Positions 30,918 through 40,710 of a stretch of 64,000 nt of DNA are shown here, piece after piece; position 1 is the first letter of the stretch, and each line of letters begins with the position of its first letter. The notes beneath the pieces were generated by a model. That model was given only the letters and a program-made list of their open reading frames with translations. It did not search any database and had not been told where the DNA came from. This stretch comes from Candidatus Omnitrophota bacterium. GTDB taxonomy: Bacteria > Omnitrophota > Gorgyraeia > Zapsychrales > JAKLDJ01. The translations under genes and the position numbers were made by a program. The stretch lies in contig JAKLDJ010000001.1 of NCBI GenBank assembly GCA_022703585.1, positions 548,006 through 612,005 of the forward strand, written 5' to 3'.

Positions 30918-32750
30918 ATGTGCGGTATCGTCGGCTATGTCGGCAATAAAGAGGCCGTTGGCATTCTTATTGAAGGCCTTAAAAGACTGGAATATCGCGG
31001 TTACGATTCGAGCGGTATCGGTGTTATTTCTTCCGATGACGGCTCTATCGAGTTGCGTAAGACCCAAGGCAAGATTCAAAACCTTCTTGAGCTTATCAAA
31101 GGACGCCCCTTAAAGAAAAGCCAATTAGGCATTTCTCATACCCGCTGGGCGACTCACGGCGAACCCAATCGCGTTAATGCCCATCCGCATAGCGACTGCA
31201 AGAAACAAATCCTCGTTGTCCATAACGGTATCATCGAAAATTATCAGGCCCTTAAAGATAAATTAAAATCCCGCGGCCATACCTTTGTATCCCAAACGGA
31301 CACGGAGGTGGTGGCGCATTTAATTGAGGAGTGCGACAAGGGGGATTTCTTGGAAGCGGTGCGCCTTACGATCAAGCAGCTCAAGGGGTCATTTGCCTTA
31401 GGGGTCATCAGCAGGCGTTATCCCGGAATGCTCGTGGCCGCCCGTATCGGCTCGCCGCTTATTATCGGGGTGGGGAAAAATGAGAATTTTATCGCTTCCG
31501 ATGTCCCTGCTATTTTAGACCGCACCAAAAGAGTGATTTATCTTCAGGACGGACAAATCGCCGCCCTGGAGTCCGGCCGGATCAAGATCGTTGATTTTCA
31601 AGGAAAGAAAATTAAGCCCAAAGTGGATATTGTTTCTTTTAAGATCGGCTCTGCCGAAAAGCAGGGATTCGATCATTTTATGCTTAAAGAAATTCACGAG
31701 CAACCCAAAGTCTTAGAGCAAATGCTTTCGACCCGTATCAGAGGAAACAGAATTAACCTTGACGGGATTCGGTTGAACGAGAAACAAATAAAGAAAATCA
31801 GCAAGGTTATTGTTGTTGCCTGCGGGACAGCCTATCATGCGGGGATGGTCGGTAAATATATTATTGAACAGCTGGCCGGAGTCCCGGTTGAAACGGATCT
31901 ATCCAGCGAATTCCGTTACCGGCATCCGATTGTCGACAGCAAAACTTTGATTATCGCCATAAGCCAGTCGGGCGAAACCGCGGACACGCTGGCGGCGGTG
32001 AAAGAGGCCAAGTTAAAAGGGGCCAAGGTGATTTCTATCTGTAATGTCGTCGGCTCCTCTTTGGTGAGGGAATCAGACGGAGTTTTGTATACGCATGCCG
32101 GACCCGAAATCGGCGTGGCCTCCACCAAGGCGTATACGGCTCAGCTGTGCATGCTGTACCTGCTTGCTGTTAAGCTGGGAGAGATTAAAAATACGCTTTC
32201 TTCCGCCATAAGAGCGAAGGTCATTAAAAATTTAAGGCATGTTCCGCATCTTTTGACGGATATCTTGAAGGCAAAAAGCGCCGTTGCCAAAGTAGCGCGG
32301 GCACATTCACATTTTGGATGTTTCTTATTCTTGGGGCGCAACATCAATTATCCTTCGGCGCTGGAGGGGGCGCTGAAGTTAAAAGAGATTTCCTATATCC
32401 CGGCAGAAGGGTATGCGGCCGGCGAGATGAAACACGGGCCCATTGCGCTAATCGACGAATACCGTGCTGTGGTTTGCATTGTGCCGGAATCTGATATTTA
32501 CGAAAAGATGATCTCCAATATCCAGGAGATCCGCTCCCGAAAAGGGCGGATCATCGCTATCGCAACTTCGGGTGATAAGGAGATCACGCGCCATGTTCAT
32601 GAGGTCATTTATATTCCGTCCGCTTATAAACTTCTTACACCTTTATTGGCTGCTCTGCCTTTGCAGTTGTTGGCCTATTATATTTCCGTCAAGCGCGGAT
32701 GTGACGTGGACCAGCCCAGGAATTTGGCGAAGAGCGTGACCGTAGAATAG
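30918..32750 (+). CDS. glmS: Glutamine--fructose-6-phosphate aminotransferase
   Basis: MCGIVGYVG Ntn N-terminus and two SIS domains. The start is set at the internal ATG; the ORF-track start at 30804 is probably too long. Confidence 0.95.
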   Translation: MCGIVGYVGNKEAVGILIEGLKRLEYRGYDSSGIGVISSDDGSIELRKTQGKIQNLLELIKGRPLKKSQLGISHTRWATHGEPNRVNAHPHSDCKKQILVVHNGIIENYQALKDKLKSRGHTFVSQTDTEVVAHLIEECDKGDFLEAVRLTIKQLKGSFALGVISRRYPGMLVAARIGSPLIIGVGKNENFIASDVPAILDRTKRVIYLQDGQIAALESGRIKIVDFQGKKIKPKVDIVSFKIGSAEKQGFDHFMLKEIHEQPKVLEQMLSTRIRGNRINLDGIRLNEKQIKKISKVIVVACGTAYHAGMVGKYIIEQLAGVPVETDLSSEFRYRHPIVDSKTLIIAISQSGETADTLAAVKEAKLKGAKVISICNVVGSSLVRESDGVLYTHAGPEIGVASTKAYTAQLCMLYLLAVKLGEIKNTLSSAIRAKVIKNLRHVPHLLTDILKAKSAVAKVARAHSHFGCFLFLGRNINYPSALEGALKLKEISYIPAEGYAAGEMKHGPIALIDEYRAVVCIVPESDIYEKMISNIQEIRSRKGRIIAIATSGDKEITRHVHEVIYIPSAYKLLTPLLAALPLQLLAYYISVKRGCDVDQPRNLAKSVTVE

Positions 32751-32822
32751 CTATCAGCCCTCAGCCTTCAGCAGTTATTAGCTGAAAGCTGCTGAGAGCT
32801 GATGACTGATAGCTGAAAGCTA
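32749..32822. repeat. Short member of the AGCTGAAAGCT palindromic repeat family, filling the whole glmS-rsmI junction
   Basis: TAGCTATCAGC...CAGCCTTCAGCAG-TTATTA-GCTGAAAGCTGCTG...GCTGATAGCTGAAAGCTAATGATG. It supplies the glmS stop codon and runs into the rsmI start codon. Confidence 0.55.
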
Positions 32823-33500
32823 ATGATGCTTTACATCGTCTCCACTCCCATCGGCAACTTAAAAGATATTACTCTGCGTGCCCTAGAAATTCTCAAAGAA
32901 GCCGATTTAATTGCCGCGGAAGATACCCGCCACACAAAAATCCTGCTCGACCATTATCAGATTACAACGCCGACAACGAGTTATTTTGAGCATAATCAAT
33001 TAAAGAAGGGCGATTTTTTGCTCTCGAAGTTAAAGGAGGGGCAAAAAATCGCCCTGGTCACCGACGCCGGTACACCCGGCATCAGCGATCCCGGCTATCA
33101 GTTGATTCGTCTCGCGCGCGAAAATGATATTCCGGTAACGGTCATCCCGGGTCCGACGGCTTTAATAGCGGCGTTGTCGCTTTCGGGCTTGCCGGCACAC
33201 AACTTTATTTTTGAAGGATTTTTGCCGGTTAAATCAGGTGCCCGGCGCAAGAAATTGGAAGAAATAAAGGCCGAAAAAAGAACGGTGATTTTCTACGAAT
33301 CCCCGCACAGGCTTTTAAAGGCCCTTGAAGACATTAAAGAAGTTCTCGATAATCCGCAAGTTGTTGTGGCTAGGGAGATTACGAAGAAATTCGAGGAACT
33401 AAAGAAAACTTCCGCTACTGACCTTATCCAGCATTTCTCCAAAACCACCCCCAAGGGCGAGCTTGTACTGCTTTTGAATCTCGCTGATAAGAATAAATAA
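32823..33500 (+). CDS. rsmI: 16S rRNA (cytidine1402-2'-O)-methyltransferase
   Basis: MLYIVSTPIGNLKDITLRALEIL...AAEDTRHT and the tetrapyrrole-methylase fold motif VTDAGTPGISDPG. Confidence 0.85.
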   Translation: MMLYIVSTPIGNLKDITLRALEILKEADLIAAEDTRHTKILLDHYQITTPTTSYFEHNQLKKGDFLLSKLKEGQKIALVTDAGTPGISDPGYQLIRLARENDIPVTVIPGPTALIAALSLSGLPAHNFIFEGFLPVKSGARRKKLEEIKAEKRTVIFYESPHRLLKALEDIKEVLDNPQVVVAREITKKFEELKKTSATDLIQHFSKTTPKGELVLLLNLADKNK

Positions 33501-33885
33501 TTTAAGCCGCCCCCACCGTTTTGTTTTGTAAAGTGGTGGGGGCGATCCTCACCCCGCCGTCCAATATCTCGCGTGACAAAAATCGGGGCGGGAAACCGTT
33601 TCCTCCAAACCGCCCCAAACCCCTTGAATACCGGTTTTTCCGTGTTATCTTTTAATTACAGATAAGAAGATGTAACACGAAAAGGTTTTCGGCGCCCCGC
33701 TAAAGGCGGGGCGCCGGATGCAAAGCCACGGGCCTTGAAGTGTTCGATTGTCAGATTTCCTTTTTCAAGGTAAGCCGGGTTGCCGAATGTTACATACAAA
33801 GAACATTGGGCGACTCGGCTTATTTCTTGGGAGGGGGATAAGTGATAAAAGAGTTTCGCACCGCTTTATTTATTATTTAAAGATC

Positions 33886-33921
33886 AAAAACCATCGCCTG
33901 GTTAAGCGATGGTTTTTTGTT
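33886..33921. terminator. Bidirectional rho-independent terminator
   Basis: AAAAACCATCGC-CTGGTTAA-GCGATGGTTTTTTGTTTG. Confidence 0.5.
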
Positions 33922-34226
33922 TGTAGGGGCTACGGCTCCGGAAACGTAAGACATTAAAAGGAAGAGGGAGATAAACGTGGCCAGAGAGTTATATCGTCGC
34001 CGTGTTGATAATACGAATAAAATTAATCATCGCCTTACGGGCGATTACGTCTTTATTGTAGAAAATTCCCAGACACCCAGTCCTGCTAAGTTTCAAAAAG
34101 TCTCACCTCTCGATTCCGGGCACAGAGTGTCTGATAATATAGAATTTTTTGATTGCCGAGGCACCGCCTCGTTTATATATAAATTATGATTACCGGAAAA
34201 ATATATTCTTAAAACAGGGGGGGGAG

Positions 34227-35291
34227 ATGAAAAAAACGATACTAAATCTATTTTTTGTTGTTATTTTCGTCATTACGCTAAGTAGCACGGGATTTGCAGG
34301 AACACTTTTGGTTCCTGAGCAATACCCGGAAATTCAAGACGCGATAGAAAGCGCATCGGACGGAGATTTGATATTGGTTTCTCCCGGAACATACCAACCA
34401 ATCAATTTCCTCGGCAAGGCTGTTCAGGTAAGAAGTTTAGACGGTCCGGATGTGACCATTATCGATGGTAACAACGCTACTACTGTTGTTGTCTTTGAAA
34501 ATGGCGAGCCTGCAGATGCTATTCTTGAAGGGTTTACTATCACAAATGGTTTTGCCGGATCAACCTTTAGGGGTGGCGGTATTCACTGTGCATACCTAGC
34601 TCAACCTACGATAAGAAATAATATCATTATCAACAATCACGCTATCGATGGAGGAGGCATCTTTTGTTATATTAGCGGATTTCCAGTAATTACGAAGAAT
34701 ATTATTACTAGTAATACTGCAGAATATTTGGGGGGCGGAATAGGACTTGCTGCCGGTGATTCTGACCATGTCCCCACAGTAACGAACAATATCATTATCA
34801 GAAATGAAGCAGAAAATGGTGGGGGTATAGGCACCCACACTCCGGTTAATGTTGTCAATAATACCATAGCAAACAACACGGCTTTTCGCGGAGGCGGGGT
34901 TTTCTCTTGGAATAGCATGATGACAATTAAAAATACAATTATATGGGGAAATCATGCTGACTACTACAGCAGTATATACAATTACCATAATTCAGCACCT
35001 GACATAACAGTCAACTATAGCAATGTTGAAGGGGGCTGGATTTGGGATGAGAATAATATTGACGCCGATCCACTTTTTGTCAATCCCGAGAACAATAATT
35101 TTCACCTGCAAAATTACGTATCACCATGCATTGACAAAGGTGACCCGGCGGATGATTATTCCCAAGAGCCGTTCTATAATGGACGACGTATCAATATCGG
35201 GGCGTATGGCAATACGCCTGAAGCAGCTAAATCGCGCAAACCAAGACCGCACTTGCCGAATATCATGGAATCAAACGGAGGTGACCGGTAG
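34227..35291 (+). CDS. Secreted right-handed parallel beta-helix repeat protein (pectate-lyase / NosD-like fold)
   Basis: Signal peptide MKKTILNLFFVVIFVITLSSTGFA and repeated ~22-aa PbH1-like units (NNIIINNHAIDGGGI, NNIIIRNEAENGGGI, NNTIANNTAFRGGGV). The start is set at the internal ATG after GGGGGGAG. Confidence 0.7.
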   Translation: MKKTILNLFFVVIFVITLSSTGFAGTLLVPEQYPEIQDAIESASDGDLILVSPGTYQPINFLGKAVQVRSLDGPDVTIIDGNNATTVVVFENGEPADAILEGFTITNGFAGSTFRGGGIHCAYLAQPTIRNNIIINNHAIDGGGIFCYISGFPVITKNIITSNTAEYLGGGIGLAAGDSDHVPTVTNNIIIRNEAENGGGIGTHTPVNVVNNTIANNTAFRGGGVFSWNSMMTIKNTIIWGNHADYYSSIYNYHNSAPDITVNYSNVEGGWIWDENNIDADPLFVNPENNNFHLQNYVSPCIDKGDPADDYSQEPFYNGRRINIGAYGNTPEAAKSRKPRPHLPNIMESNGGDR

Positions 35292-35363
35292 GGTTCAGGG
35301 ATGAAAGACAGGGGCCGCGGGCTTGTCCTGATTTATTCTAAATAGCCCCTAAGGAATTTCTCC

Positions 35364-35392
35364 TTGACAACCCGAAAGGAGGGTGTTATATT
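35364..35392 (+). promoter_or_regulatory. Sigma70 promoter of the pyrR operon (TTGACA, 17-bp spacer, TATATT)
   Basis: TTGACA at 35364-35369 and TATATT at 35387-35392. Confidence 0.55.
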
Positions 35393-35420
35393 CTGAACAA
35401 TCATTAACCTTTAAGCCGAC

Positions 35421-35516
35421 CCTGTGAGGTTGGCAAGGAGCAAGAATGAAGTTATTAGAAGAAAATTTCAGGGGCTCATTTTGGCGGGAACGCCAAAATG
35501 AGCCCTTTATTTTTTC
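35421..35516 (+). promoter_or_regulatory. PyrR-type attenuator: a candidate PyrR binding loop followed by an intrinsic terminator
   Basis: GACCCTGTGAGGTTGG resembles the PyrR binding-loop consensus (UCCNGNGAGGYU). GGGGCTCATTTTGGCG-GGAA-CGCCAAAATGAGCCC followed by TTTATTTTTT lies at 35471-35516. Confidence 0.6.
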
Positions 35517-35528
35517 CATATTCCGTAA

Positions 35529-36094
<566 letters not shown>

Positions 36095-36095
<1 letters not shown>

Positions 36096-37039
36096 TGGCC
36101 TGGACACGAAAAGATCTTTTAGGATTAGAAGAACTCACAAAAGAGGAAATTGAATTAGTTTTAACGACGGCCGAATCTTTTAAAGAGGTTTCGACCCGGG
36201 ACATCAAAAAAGTACCGGCGCTGCGCGGTAAAACAGTGGTGAATCTTTTTTATGAACCTTCCACCCGGACCCGGGTTTCTTTTGAAGTAGCCGCCAAGCG
36301 TTTATCGGCCGATGTCATCAATGTTGCCGTGCAGGAATCGAGCGTTAAAAAGGGTGAAACACTTATTGATACTGCCCGTAACATTGAAGCTCTCAAGGCC
36401 GATATCATCGTCGTTCGCCATAGCGCCTCGGGCGCGGCCAATATCATTGCCCGCCACGTGGGTATCAGCGTTGTTAACGGCGGAGACGGTTGGCATGAAC
36501 ATCCCACCCAAGCCCTCTTGGACATGTTTACCCTTAAAGAAAAATTAGGCAAGATCGAAGGTTTAAAAGTAAGTATTGTCGGCGACATTGCGCACTCGCG
36601 TGTGGCGCGCTCCAATATTTGGGGGCTTACGAAATTGGGCGCCGAAGTGACGGTTTGTGCGCCTAAGATCCTTATCCCGCCGGGTATAGAAAAAATGGGC
36701 GCCAGGGTCACTCATGATATCGACGAGGCCTTAAAAGGAGCGGATGCGATCAATGTCTTAAGGATGCAATTTGAGCGTGACGAACAAAAGGCCTTCCCCA
36801 GTCCGCTTGATTATTTTAAAACATTCGGCATCACCCGCGAAAGGCTTGAGACCGCAAAAAAAGAAATCGTCGTCATGCACCCGGGGCCCATTAACCGCGG
36901 TATCGAAATGTCCAGCGAAGTCGCTGATTGCCCGAATTCCGTTATCTTAGAGCAGGTAACCAACGGCATTGCCGTGCGTATGGCGGTGCTTTTTCTCGTG
37001 ACTCAGGGGCACGACCAAAGAGATGAAAATACTCATTAA
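36095..37039 (+). CDS. pyrB: Aspartate carbamoyltransferase catalytic subunit
   Basis: STRTRVSFE and HPTQALLD signatures. Confidence 0.95.
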
Positions 37040-38300
37040 AAACGGCCGCGTCATTGACCCGGCCAATAAAATAGACGAGATACTCGATATTTTAGTCGAC
37101 GGAGAACGTATTACAAAAGTCGCAAAAGATATTCCCGGCAATGCGGACCAGACGATTGACGCCGCGGGTAAAATTGTTATGCCGGGAATCGTTGACATGC
37201 ACGTGCATTTGCGCGAGCCGGGAAGGGAAGATAAGGAAACCGTGGGCTCGGGCACCCGGGCCGCGGTCAAAGGCGGCGTGACATCGGTTTTGGCCATGCC
37301 CAATACTCTCCCCGCCATGGATTCGGTTGACACGGTTGAGAAATTAAAAGATATTATTCAAAAGACTGCCCATGTGGATGTTTATATCTGTGCCGCGATC
37401 ACCAAAGGGCGGTTGGGTAAGGAGTTGACGGACATTGCCGGGCTAAAGAAGGCGGGAGTTACCGCGATTTCCGATGATGGTGGTTCCGTCGGCAGCGGAG
37501 AGCTTTTTCTGGAGGCGATGAAAAAGGCGAAGGCTAATAATATTTTGGTTCTCTGCCACAGCGAAGATAAATCGCTCTCGCGTAACGGGGTGGTGAATCT
37601 CGGCTATACCTCAACGCGATTAGGGCTTATGGGCATTTCCCGGGAGTCAGAATACAAATGTGTGGCACGTGATATCGATTTGGCGGCCAAGGCTAAGACG
37701 GCGATCCATATTACCCACGTCAGCTGCCGGGAGTCCGTCGAGATCATAGCCCAGGCAAAAAAGAAAGGCATTGCCGTTACCTGCGATACAGCGCCGCATT
37801 ATCTTTCTTTAACCGAAGAAGAGGTCCTGGATTACGATACGAATATGAAGATTAATCCGCCCTTAAGAGGCAAGGAAGACGTTGCGGCCATCAAAGAGGG
37901 CTTAAAAAACGGCACCATTGACGCGATTGCCTCTGACCATGCCCCGCATACGGATAATGAAAAAGATGTTGAGTTTGAGCGGGCAGAGTTTGGTGCTATC
38001 GGGCTGGAAACAGAATTAGCGGTTAACATAACCGAATTGATCGTTCCCGGCTTATTGACATGGGCGGATTTGGTTAAGAAAATATCGTTTAATCCCGCCA
38101 GGATTTTGGGATTAAATAAAGGCACCTTAAGCGTTGGAGCGGAAGCGGATATCGCTATTGTTTCTCCCGACGATGAATGGGCGGTAAGAAAAGATGATTT
38201 TTGTTCGAAGTCCAAAAACTCTCCCTTTATCGGGCGGCGGCTTAAAGGTGTTGTGGTAACGACGATTTATAAGGGAAAGGTTGTTTATAAAAAAGAATAG
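37023..38300 (+). CDS. pyrC: Dihydroorotase
   Basis: PGIVDMHVHLREPG metal-binding motif and the amidohydrolase fold. Confidence 0.9.
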   Translation: MKILIKNGRVIDPANKIDEILDILVDGERITKVAKDIPGNADQTIDAAGKIVMPGIVDMHVHLREPGREDKETVGSGTRAAVKGGVTSVLAMPNTLPAMDSVDTVEKLKDIIQKTAHVDVYICAAITKGRLGKELTDIAGLKKAGVTAISDDGGSVGSGELFLEAMKKAKANNILVLCHSEDKSLSRNGVVNLGYTSTRLGLMGISRESEYKCVARDIDLAAKAKTAIHITHVSCRESVEIIAQAKKKGIAVTCDTAPHYLSLTEEEVLDYDTNMKINPPLRGKEDVAAIKEGLKNGTIDAIASDHAPHTDNEKDVEFERAEFGAIGLETELAVNITELIVPGLLTWADLVKKISFNPARILGLNKGTLSVGAEADIAIVSPDDEWAVRKDDFCSKSKNSPFIGRRLKGVVVTTIYKGKVVYKKE

Positions 38301-38476
38301 CTGTCAGTCGTCAGCTTTCAGCCGTCAGCAGCTTTCAGCTGACAGCTGCTGCCCTCGGTTTCCTCTAAACTTTAAGAATTTACGTCTGAAAAGGACGAGG
38401 GCTGCACCTGCTTCCTCTAGATAAAAGATTTTAAGGAAAGCAGGGCTGAAAACTGATAGCTGAAAGCTGAAAGCTC
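38297..38476. repeat. ~180-bp MITE/REP-like palindromic element exactly between the pyrC stop and the EndoQ-like start
   Basis: Terminal inverted arms (TAGCTGTCAGTCGTCAGCTTTCAGC ... GCTGAAAGCTGAAAGCTC). Core: GCCCTCG...CGAGGGC hairpin, then GCTGCACCTGCTTCCTCTAGATAAAAGATTTTAAGGAAAGCAGGGCTG. A close paralogue lies at 43324-43494. Confidence 0.6.
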
Positions 38477-38481
38477 AAAAA

Positions 38482-39723
38482 ATGCAATTCGTTGCTGACC
38501 TCCATATCCATTCCAAATATTCCCGCGCAACCAGTAAAGATTTAGATATTGAGCACCTTGTTATGTGGGCAAAAAAGAAGGGTATCCACCTTTTAGGTAC
38601 GGGAGATTTTACCCACCACTTATGGCTGGAAGAATTAAAGTCTAAACTGGAGCCGGCAGAAAAAGGTCTGTTTATCAATAACGGCGTTCGTTTTGTTCTT
38701 TCTTGCGAGATCAGTAATATTTATACGAAAAAAGACAAAGGTTACCGGGTTCATACCATTATTCTGGCGCCAGGCTTTAAAACAGTTGATAAGATTATTC
38801 AGGCGCTCTCGGCGCGCGGGGCTAACTTAAACAGCGACGGCAGGCCGATCTTAGGGATGGATTTAAAAGAAATGGCCCGCATTATTCTGGATATCGACGA
38901 GAATTGTTTTCTTATTCCTGCTCACGCCTGGACGCCGTGGTTTAGTGTGTTCGGGTCTAATTCCGGGTTTAATTCTATCGAAGAATGTTTTGAGGAACTT
39001 TCAGAAAAGATCTTTTGCATTGAAACCGGGCTTTCTTCGGATCCGGCGATGAACTGGCGATTGAGTACGCTTGACCGGATTACTTTAATCAGTAATTCCG
39101 ACGCTCATTCTCCCTCAAAAATCGGAAGGGAATGCAATGTATTTAATTGCGAATTAAGTTATAATGACATTATTGACACGCTGAAGAAAAAGGATAAAAA
39201 TAGATTTCTTTACACGGTCGAATTTTACCCGGAAGAAGGCAAATATCACTATGACGGCCACCGGCTTTGCAAGGTCTGTCTTTCGCCGGAGGAATCGAAG
39301 AAGAACAACAATCTTTGTCCAAGTTGCGGGCGACGGTTGACGCTGGGCGTGGTCCATCGCGTTAATGAACTCGCAGACAGGCCCGAAGGGTTTGTGCCCG
39401 AAGGCTCAATCCCTTTTAAAAACCGCATCCCTTTAGAAGAGATTATCGGGGACGCTAAGGGTATGGGCGTTGTTTCGCAGGCAGTCCAGACGGAATATGA
39501 GGCAATTATAAGCAAATTCGGCAATGAATTCGATGTGCTGTCGAATGTTCCCAGGGAAAATTTACTTAAGTCCGTCAATCCACGGATCGCGGAAGGAATT
39601 CTCAGGGTGCGCGAAGGCAAGGTTAATATCGCCCCCGGCTATGACGGCGAGTATGGAAAGATAAAGATTTTTAAAGAGAATGAAACGTCCGCTGGAGCGG
39701 ATGAGCAGTTGAAGCTCTTTTGA
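38482..39723 (+). CDS. Endonuclease Q-like protein (PHP-domain nuclease with a C-terminal zinc finger)
   Basis: ADLHIHSKYSRATSKDL...GTGDFTHHLWLEELK matches the EndoQ N-terminus (ADLHIHSRYS...GTGD..HP.WL.E). C-terminal CKVCLSPEE...CPSCG zinc ribbon. Confidence 0.6.
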   Translation: MQFVADLHIHSKYSRATSKDLDIEHLVMWAKKKGIHLLGTGDFTHHLWLEELKSKLEPAEKGLFINNGVRFVLSCEISNIYTKKDKGYRVHTIILAPGFKTVDKIIQALSARGANLNSDGRPILGMDLKEMARIILDIDENCFLIPAHAWTPWFSVFGSNSGFNSIEECFEELSEKIFCIETGLSSDPAMNWRLSTLDRITLISNSDAHSPSKIGRECNVFNCELSYNDIIDTLKKKDKNRFLYTVEFYPEEGKYHYDGHRLCKVCLSPEESKKNNNLCPSCGRRLTLGVVHRVNELADRPEGFVPEGSIPFKNRIPLEEIIGDAKGMGVVSQAVQTEYEAIISKFGNEFDVLSNVPRENLLKSVNPRIAEGILRVREGKVNIAPGYDGEYGKIKIFKENETSAGADEQLKLF

Positions 39724-39775
39724 TATATGAAAATAGTGCGCCTGTCCCGCCAAATTGCTTCGCAATTTAAACGGC

Positions 39776-39906
39776 GGGGCTGGCGCAAACCTCTCTAGGA
39801 TAAAAACTTTTAAGGTTGCATGCGCCTGCCCCAGCTTTTCTGGGACAGAAGATTGGGGTGGCTGGGACTGGCGCAATCTTTTCTAGAATAGATATTAAGG
39901 TTGATT
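39776..39906 (+). repeat. Tandem duplication (~55 nt, two copies ~85 bp apart) of the tRNA-Arg leader, including the first 7 nt of the tRNA
   Basis: GGCGCAAACCTCTCTAGGATAAAAACTTTTAAGGTTGCATGCGCCTG at 39782-39828 versus GGCGCAATCTTTTCTAGAATAGATATTAAGGTTGATTGCGCCTG at 39870-39913. A third GCGCCTG lies at 39744-39750. Confidence 0.5.
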
Positions 39907-39981
39907 GCGCCTGTAGCTCAACGGATAGAGCACCAGCCTCCGGAGCTGGTGGTGCAGGTTCGATTCCCGCCAGGCGCGCCA
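39907..39981 (+). tRNA. tRNA-Arg, anticodon CCG; CCA encoded
   Basis: Acceptor GCGCCTG/CAGGCGC, D-arm GCTCAACGGATAGAGC, anticodon stem CCAGC/GCTGG with loop CTCCGGA, T-loop TTCGATT, then G-CCA. One A-C mismatch in the T-stem. Confidence 0.8.
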
Positions 39982-39984
39982 AAT

Positions 39985-40205
39985 TTCGCTCAGCCAAGAG
40001 CTGTAGCACAATATGTAGTAGAACAATTAACAGAATATACACAATATAGAAGTAGCGCAATAAGTGGAGTGATAATCCCATATTAATATGATATAAAGTG
40101 ATATTGTGGGGTATTAAAGCATCTTGTAATAATATATAATTTGTCTAGTGGATTATGGAATAGGCATAAATCTGTTCAATTTTCCACAGATTTGTGGAAA
40201 AACTA
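39985..40205. other. AT-rich (~27% GC) non-coding island immediately 3' of tRNA-Arg, with a perfect 9-bp inverted repeat TTTTCCACA-GAT-TTGTGGAAAA at its 3' end
   Basis: The base composition contrasts with the ~50% GC surroundings; many AATAT / ATATA runs and no ORF. Confidence 0.45.
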
Positions 40206-40212
40206 TAAAATT

Positions 40213-40707
40213 ATGATAAAAACAGGGGGTCAAAAAGTAGTTATTTCTATCATCGGCGGCCATAAAATGACCAAAGAAACCGAACAATTAGCCTTTAAGG
40301 TCGGGGAAATTGTAGCAGGGTTGGGTGCTGTTTTAGCCTGCGGCGGGTTGGACGGTGTTATGAAAGCCGCTGCCAGGGGCGCTAAATCGAAAGACGGGCT
40401 TACAATCGGTATTTTGCCCGGGAAAGACAAGAAGGACGCTAATTCTTATATTGACGTTGCTCTTCCCACCTCTATCGGTTATGCCCGCAATAGCATTGTT
40501 GCCTGTAGCGCGGATATCATTGTGGCTTTGCCCGGAAGTCACGGGACGCGCTCCGAAATTTCTTACGGCATTGTCTTTGGCCGGCCGGTGATTGATCTGG
40601 GCGGCTGGGATATCCCCGAGACCATCAAAGTAAAAGACGTTTATGAGGCTGAAGCAAAGATCAAAGAGCTTATGAGAGAATTACGGCGAAGTACTAAAGC
40701 GGATTAA
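40213..40707 (+). CDS. TIGR00725 / LOG-like (SLOG) Rossmann-fold protein; start uncertain
   Basis: VVISIIGGHKMT...LACGGLDGVMKAAARGA...IVALPGSHGTRSE pattern typical of the YgdH/LOG/DprA-like superfamily. Confidence 0.55.
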   Translation: MIKTGGQKVVISIIGGHKMTKETEQLAFKVGEIVAGLGAVLACGGLDGVMKAAARGAKSKDGLTIGILPGKDKKDANSYIDVALPTSIGYARNSIVACSADIIVALPGSHGTRSEISYGIVFGRPVIDLGGWDIPETIKVKDVYEAEAKIKELMRELRRSTKAD

Positions 40708-40710
40708 TCT

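Noticed and set aside
32790-32822. Hammerhead-ribozyme-like CTGATGA...GAAA in the glmS-rsmI repeat
   Set aside because: The intervening sequence (CTGATAGCT) cannot form stem II. No UH cleavage site with flanking stems I/III could be drawn, and the other repeat copies lack CTGATGA.
33748-33957. 69-codon ORF in the rsmI downstream gap
   Set aside because: It runs through a perfect terminator hairpin and has no RBS; it looks spurious. The neighbouring 33977-34189 ORF is kept only as a low-interest finding.
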